From: Mycoplasma mobile 163K
GTDB taxonomy: Bacteria; Bacillota_I; Bacilli_A; Mycoplasmatales; Metamycoplasmataceae
NCBI RefSeq assembly: GCF_000008365.1
Contig: NC_006908.1
Location: 180,001 to 212,000, forward strand
Reading direction: 5' to 3'
DNA length: 32,000 bases
Position numbers and translations under genes: made by a program. The notes beneath the pieces were generated by a model. It saw only the letters and a program-made list of their open reading frames with translations. It searched no databases and had not been told where the DNA came from. Positions 28,623-32,000 of the stretch are shown here, in pieces. Numbering within the stretch: position 1 is the stretch's first letter; each line of letters opens with the position of its first letter.

Positions 28623-28988
28623 ATGAGAAAATTTGAAATAAATTCACCTCAATATATTAATCATCAAAAAAAGGAAGCAAACTATAAAAGAATTCTTTCT
28701 TTAATAATTAAAGATGTAAAAGGTTATGAAAATTTTATTCCTACTTTAGTTGATTTGCAATTGTCTAAAGATTCATCACATTTAGTTATTTATTTAAGTT
28801 TTGATCATTATGAAAAAAAAGCTTTAGAACATTTTAATAATGCAAAAGGTTTTGTAAGATCTGAATTAGCAAGAAACATTAGTGCTAGATATACTCCTGA
28901 TATTACTTTTAAATTAGATGAAGCTTCAAAAAACGGAAGAAATATAGATGCAATTTTAAAAAAATTAGAGGAAGAAAATGGCAGCTAA
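28623..28988 (+). CDS. rbfA: ribosome-binding factor A
   Basis: The 121 aa ORF directly follows infB. 'LVDLQLSKDSSHLVIYLSF' matches the RbfA core pattern. Confidence 0.85.
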   Translation: MRKFEINSPQYINHQKKEANYKRILSLIIKDVKGYENFIPTLVDLQLSKDSSHLVIYLSFDHYEKKALEHFNNAKGFVRSELARNISARYTPDITFKLDEASKNGRNIDAILKKLEEENGS

Positions 28989-30813
28989 AATTTATGATGC
29001 TATTGTTATTGGTGGAGGGCATGCTGGTGTAGAAGCAGCATTTATTTTATCTAAAAAAAATTTTAATGTAGCATTAATTTCTTTAAATCAAAATAGATTA
29101 GCTTCAATGCCATGCAATCCTTCTATTGGTGGTCCTGCTAAAGGAATAATTACTAGAGAAATTGATGCATTAGGTGGAAAACAAGCTTATTTTGCAGATC
29201 AAGCAATGATTCAAATTAAAATGCTTAATACTTCAAAAGGTCCTGCTGTAAGAGCTATTAGAGCTCAAATTGACAAAGAGAAGTATTCTCAAATTATTCT
29301 AAAAGCAGTTCAGGAAACAAAAAATATTGATTTGATTGAAGATATGGTGTTTGAAATTCAAACAAAAGATAATAAAATTTCAGGTGTAATTACTGAAAAA
29401 AATGGATTATTAGAAACAAAAACTGCAATAATCACAGCTGGAACTTATTTAGATTCTTACATTTTAAGAGGAGAGGAAAAATATAGTTCAGGCCCTGATG
29501 GAGAAAAAACATCTAATTCCTTATCTAATTCTTTAATCAAACTTGGTTTCAAGTTATTAAGATTAAAAACTGGGACTCCTCCAAGAATATATGCTAATAG
29601 TATTGATTTTTCAGAAGTAGAAGAAGAAATATTGCCAGAATCAAATTTAAATTTTAGTATTTATCATTCTAAAAAATTATCAAAACAAATTCATTGCTAT
29701 TTAACATATACAAGCGAAAAAACTCATCAAATAATTTTAGATAATATCAACAAAAGTAGCATGTATAGTGGATTAATAAAAGGAATAGGACCGAGATATT
29801 GTCCTTCTGTTGAAGATAAAATTGTGCGTTTTAAAGATAAAGAAAGGCATCAAATTTTTTTTGAGCCAGAAACAATTAAAGCAGATATTATGTACATTAA
29901 TGGCCTTTCAACATCAATGCCTATAGATGTGCAAGATCAAATGATAAAATCAATAAACGGTTTGAAAAATGCTAAAGTAGCAAAATATGCTTATGCAATA
30001 GAATACGATGCTATTGATCCTTTACAATTAAAAAAATCTTTAGAATCCAAAGAAATTGAAAATTTATTTTTTGCTGGACAAATAAATGGTACAAGTGGTT
30101 ATGAAGAAGCTGCAGGTCAAGGACTTCTAGCAGGGATTAATGCTTCATTAAAGTTAGAAAATAGAGAAGCTTTAAATTTAAAAAGAAGTGATTCTTATAT
30201 TGGAGTTTTAATTGATGATCTTACAACAAAAGGCACAAAAGAACCTTATAGAATGTTGACGTCTCGTGCAGAGTATCGCTTGCTTTTAAGAAATGATAAT
30301 GCAGATATAAGATTATTAAAATATGCAAAATATGCCAAAACATTAACAGATAAAGAAATTGCTACTACAGAAGCTAAATATGATTTGATCACTAAAAAAA
30401 TTGCTGAATTAGAAAATCAATATATTTCAATTAATGATCCTCTTGCAAAAAAATATAATCTTGCAAATAGCACTTCATTTTTACAATTAATTTCAAGGCA
30501 TGAAATTGATATCAAAGAAATTGTTGGCAATTTCCCTTTTCTAGAAGAATTAAGCACTAATGTAAGATTAGATGGTTATATAAAAAAACAATTGAGTCAA
30601 GCAGATAAAATGCTTCGATTAGAAAATTTAAAACTTCCAGAAGATTTGAATTATGATAATGTTGTTAATTTAGCATTTGAAGCAAGACAAAAACTTAAAA
30701 TGATCAAACCTCTAACAATTGGACAAGCATCTAGAATAAGCGGAATCAATCCTGCAGATATTCAAATGCTAATGTTTCATTTAAATTTAAAAGTAGTAAA
30801 AAATGAAAATTAA
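28978..30813 (+). CDS. mnmG: tRNA uridine 5-carboxymethylaminomethyl modification enzyme MnmG (GidA)
   Basis: The 611 aa ORF has the FAD motif 'VIGGGHAGVEAA', plus 'GPRYCPS' and 'FAGQINGTSGYEEAA'. Confidence 0.95.
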   Translation: MAAKIYDAIVIGGGHAGVEAAFILSKKNFNVALISLNQNRLASMPCNPSIGGPAKGIITREIDALGGKQAYFADQAMIQIKMLNTSKGPAVRAIRAQIDKEKYSQIILKAVQETKNIDLIEDMVFEIQTKDNKISGVITEKNGLLETKTAIITAGTYLDSYILRGEEKYSSGPDGEKTSNSLSNSLIKLGFKLLRLKTGTPPRIYANSIDFSEVEEEILPESNLNFSIYHSKKLSKQIHCYLTYTSEKTHQIILDNINKSSMYSGLIKGIGPRYCPSVEDKIVRFKDKERHQIFFEPETIKADIMYINGLSTSMPIDVQDQMIKSINGLKNAKVAKYAYAIEYDAIDPLQLKKSLESKEIENLFFAGQINGTSGYEEAAGQGLLAGINASLKLENREALNLKRSDSYIGVLIDDLTTKGTKEPYRMLTSRAEYRLLLRNDNADIRLLKYAKYAKTLTDKEIATTEAKYDLITKKIAELENQYISINDPLAKKYNLANSTSFLQLISRHEIDIKEIVGNFPFLEELSTNVRLDGYIKKQLSQADKMLRLENLKLPEDLNYDNVVNLAFEARQKLKMIKPLTIGQASRISGINPADIQMLMFHLNLKVVKNEN

Positions 30814-31234
30814 TCTTATCGCAGTTGGAAAACTTGAGAAAGAATATTTAAATTTATATCTTTCATATTTAAAAAAAATAAGTTTTTTCGCAACTATAAA
30901 CCTTATTGAAATAAAAGAAATAAATGAAAAAAATATTGACCTTAAAAAGCAAAAAGAAACTGAACTTATTATTGAAAAAATTCCTAAAAACTCCAAAGTA
31001 TATCTTTGTTCTTTACAAGGACAAGAAAAAACTAGTGAAGACTTTTCATTATTATTTAATGAAGATAATTTAACATTTGTAATAGGTGGTTCAAATGGAG
31101 TTGATGAATCAACTTTTTTGCACAAAATATCTTTTTCAAAAAACACCTTTCCCCATCAATTGTTTAGAATTTTATTAGTCGAACAAATATATAGATCCTT
31201 TACAATTTTAAAAGGAATAAAGTATCATAAATAA
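30803..31234 (+). CDS. rlmH: 23S rRNA (pseudouridine1915-N3)-methyltransferase RlmH (SPOUT)
   Basis: The product shows 'MKINLIAVGKL', 'FVIGGSNG' and 'PHQLFRILLVEQIYRSFTI'. It overlaps the mnmG end by 11 nt. Confidence 0.88.
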   Translation: MKINLIAVGKLEKEYLNLYLSYLKKISFFATINLIEIKEINEKNIDLKKQKETELIIEKIPKNSKVYLCSLQGQEKTSEDFSLLFNEDNLTFVIGGSNGVDESTFLHKISFSKNTFPHQLFRILLVEQIYRSFTILKGIKYHK

Positions 31235-31278
31235 ATATAGTAGCATTTATTTTTTTATTTTATTATAATAGTATAGAC

Positions 31279-32000
31279 ATGAACAAATGAACAAATAAAA
31301 AGATTTCTTTTATCTCTGTATTAATAGCAACTTCAGTTGCATTTACAATAATTGGTGCAGGTGCTTTAGCAATAACTTCTTTACCCAATATTAAGTTATC
31401 TTTTGCGGGTTTACCAGTAAAAATTACTGGATATTTATTTGGGCCTTTAATAGGTTTTATTACAGGATTTCTAGCTGATTTATTGTCTTTTTTGTTCATT
31501 CCTTCTTTTTACAATCCATTATATTCTTTTGGATTAGCTTTAACAGGAGCAATTCCTGGGATTGTCGCCTGATTTTATTTTAAATTTGGAAAAAATTTGT
31601 TTAGTAAGGAAACAAAAATCCAAAGATACACGAATAAAATTATTTTTTACAAAAACTTCATATGATTTAATGAAAATAAAGAAGAAATTAAAACAATTGA
31701 AAAATACAATTTTTTAATTAATAAATATGAGAAAAAAATCATTTTGCTACAAAAGGCTGAATATTCAAATTCTATTTTAAATTTCAATTGAATAAGTTCT
31801 TTCATAATTATTTCCATTTTATTAATTGCAATAGTAACATTAATAACAAATTTACCAGATAGGTTTTTTGACTCTCCAATTTTTTTTAGAACTAGACCAT
31901 CTTTTTATTTATTTTCAATTTTAGGTTTAGCAATAATGATAGTTTTTATTAGTTATATGAGATTTAACTCCAAGCCAAAAACCTTTTTGAATATTGTTCC
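31279..32000 (+). CDS. ECF-transporter S-component-like membrane protein (partial, continues beyond the window)
   Basis: It starts at ATG 31279 and has four in-frame TGA-Trp codons. 'LPVKITGYLFGPLIGFITGFLADLL' matches the S-component pattern (lP..l.g.l.GP..G...G.l.dll). The frame stays open to the window edge. Confidence 0.55.

Noticed and set aside
21918-31499. Further track ORFs were considered as genes: 21918-22139 (+), 24795-25184 (-), 30787-31146 (-) and 31263-31499 (-).
   Set aside because: They are antisense to the sigma candidate, rimP/nusA, rlmH and the ECF S-component respectively. They are low-complexity hydrophobic translations with no independent signals.

Overview
This is a very AT-rich Mollicutes-type chromosome segment, with tRNA genes standing out as GC-rich islands. 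TGA must be read as Trp (translation table 4). Nearly every 'split' ORF in the standard-code track rejoins in one frame across in-frame TGA codons, including the Trp of both thioredoxin WCGPC active sites. Most of the window is tightly packed housekeeping genes. On the + strand these are argS, a short RpoE-like gene, fba, an SNase-type nuclease lipoprotein and rpmE. On the - strand sit tsaE, tsaB and tsaD. Further along the - strand are ftsY, rplK-rplA, two tRNA pairs, a Cof-type HAD hydrolase, two tandem thioredoxins and proS. Then comes a Bacillus-like cysS / rlmB / sigH-like sigma / rpmG / secE / nusG string, also on the - strand. The + strand ends with rimP-nusA-ylxR-infB-rbfA, mnmG, rlmH and a partial ECF S-component. 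The one clearly accessory block is 6439-14320. It holds a 6TM K+ channel followed at 5 nt by a four-gene operon of exported proteins. Three of these have a shared 'VPTT(I/V)V' membrane anchor and one is a lipoprotein with a BspA-type LRR tail. Together they are built from roughly 20 diverged copies of an ~85-95 aa module. That operon is my best candidate for something under-described, but I cannot assign it a function from sequence alone. I found no CRISPR array, IS element, integrase, rRNA gene or recognisable defence system. The organism cannot be identified beyond 'UGA=Trp Mollicute'.
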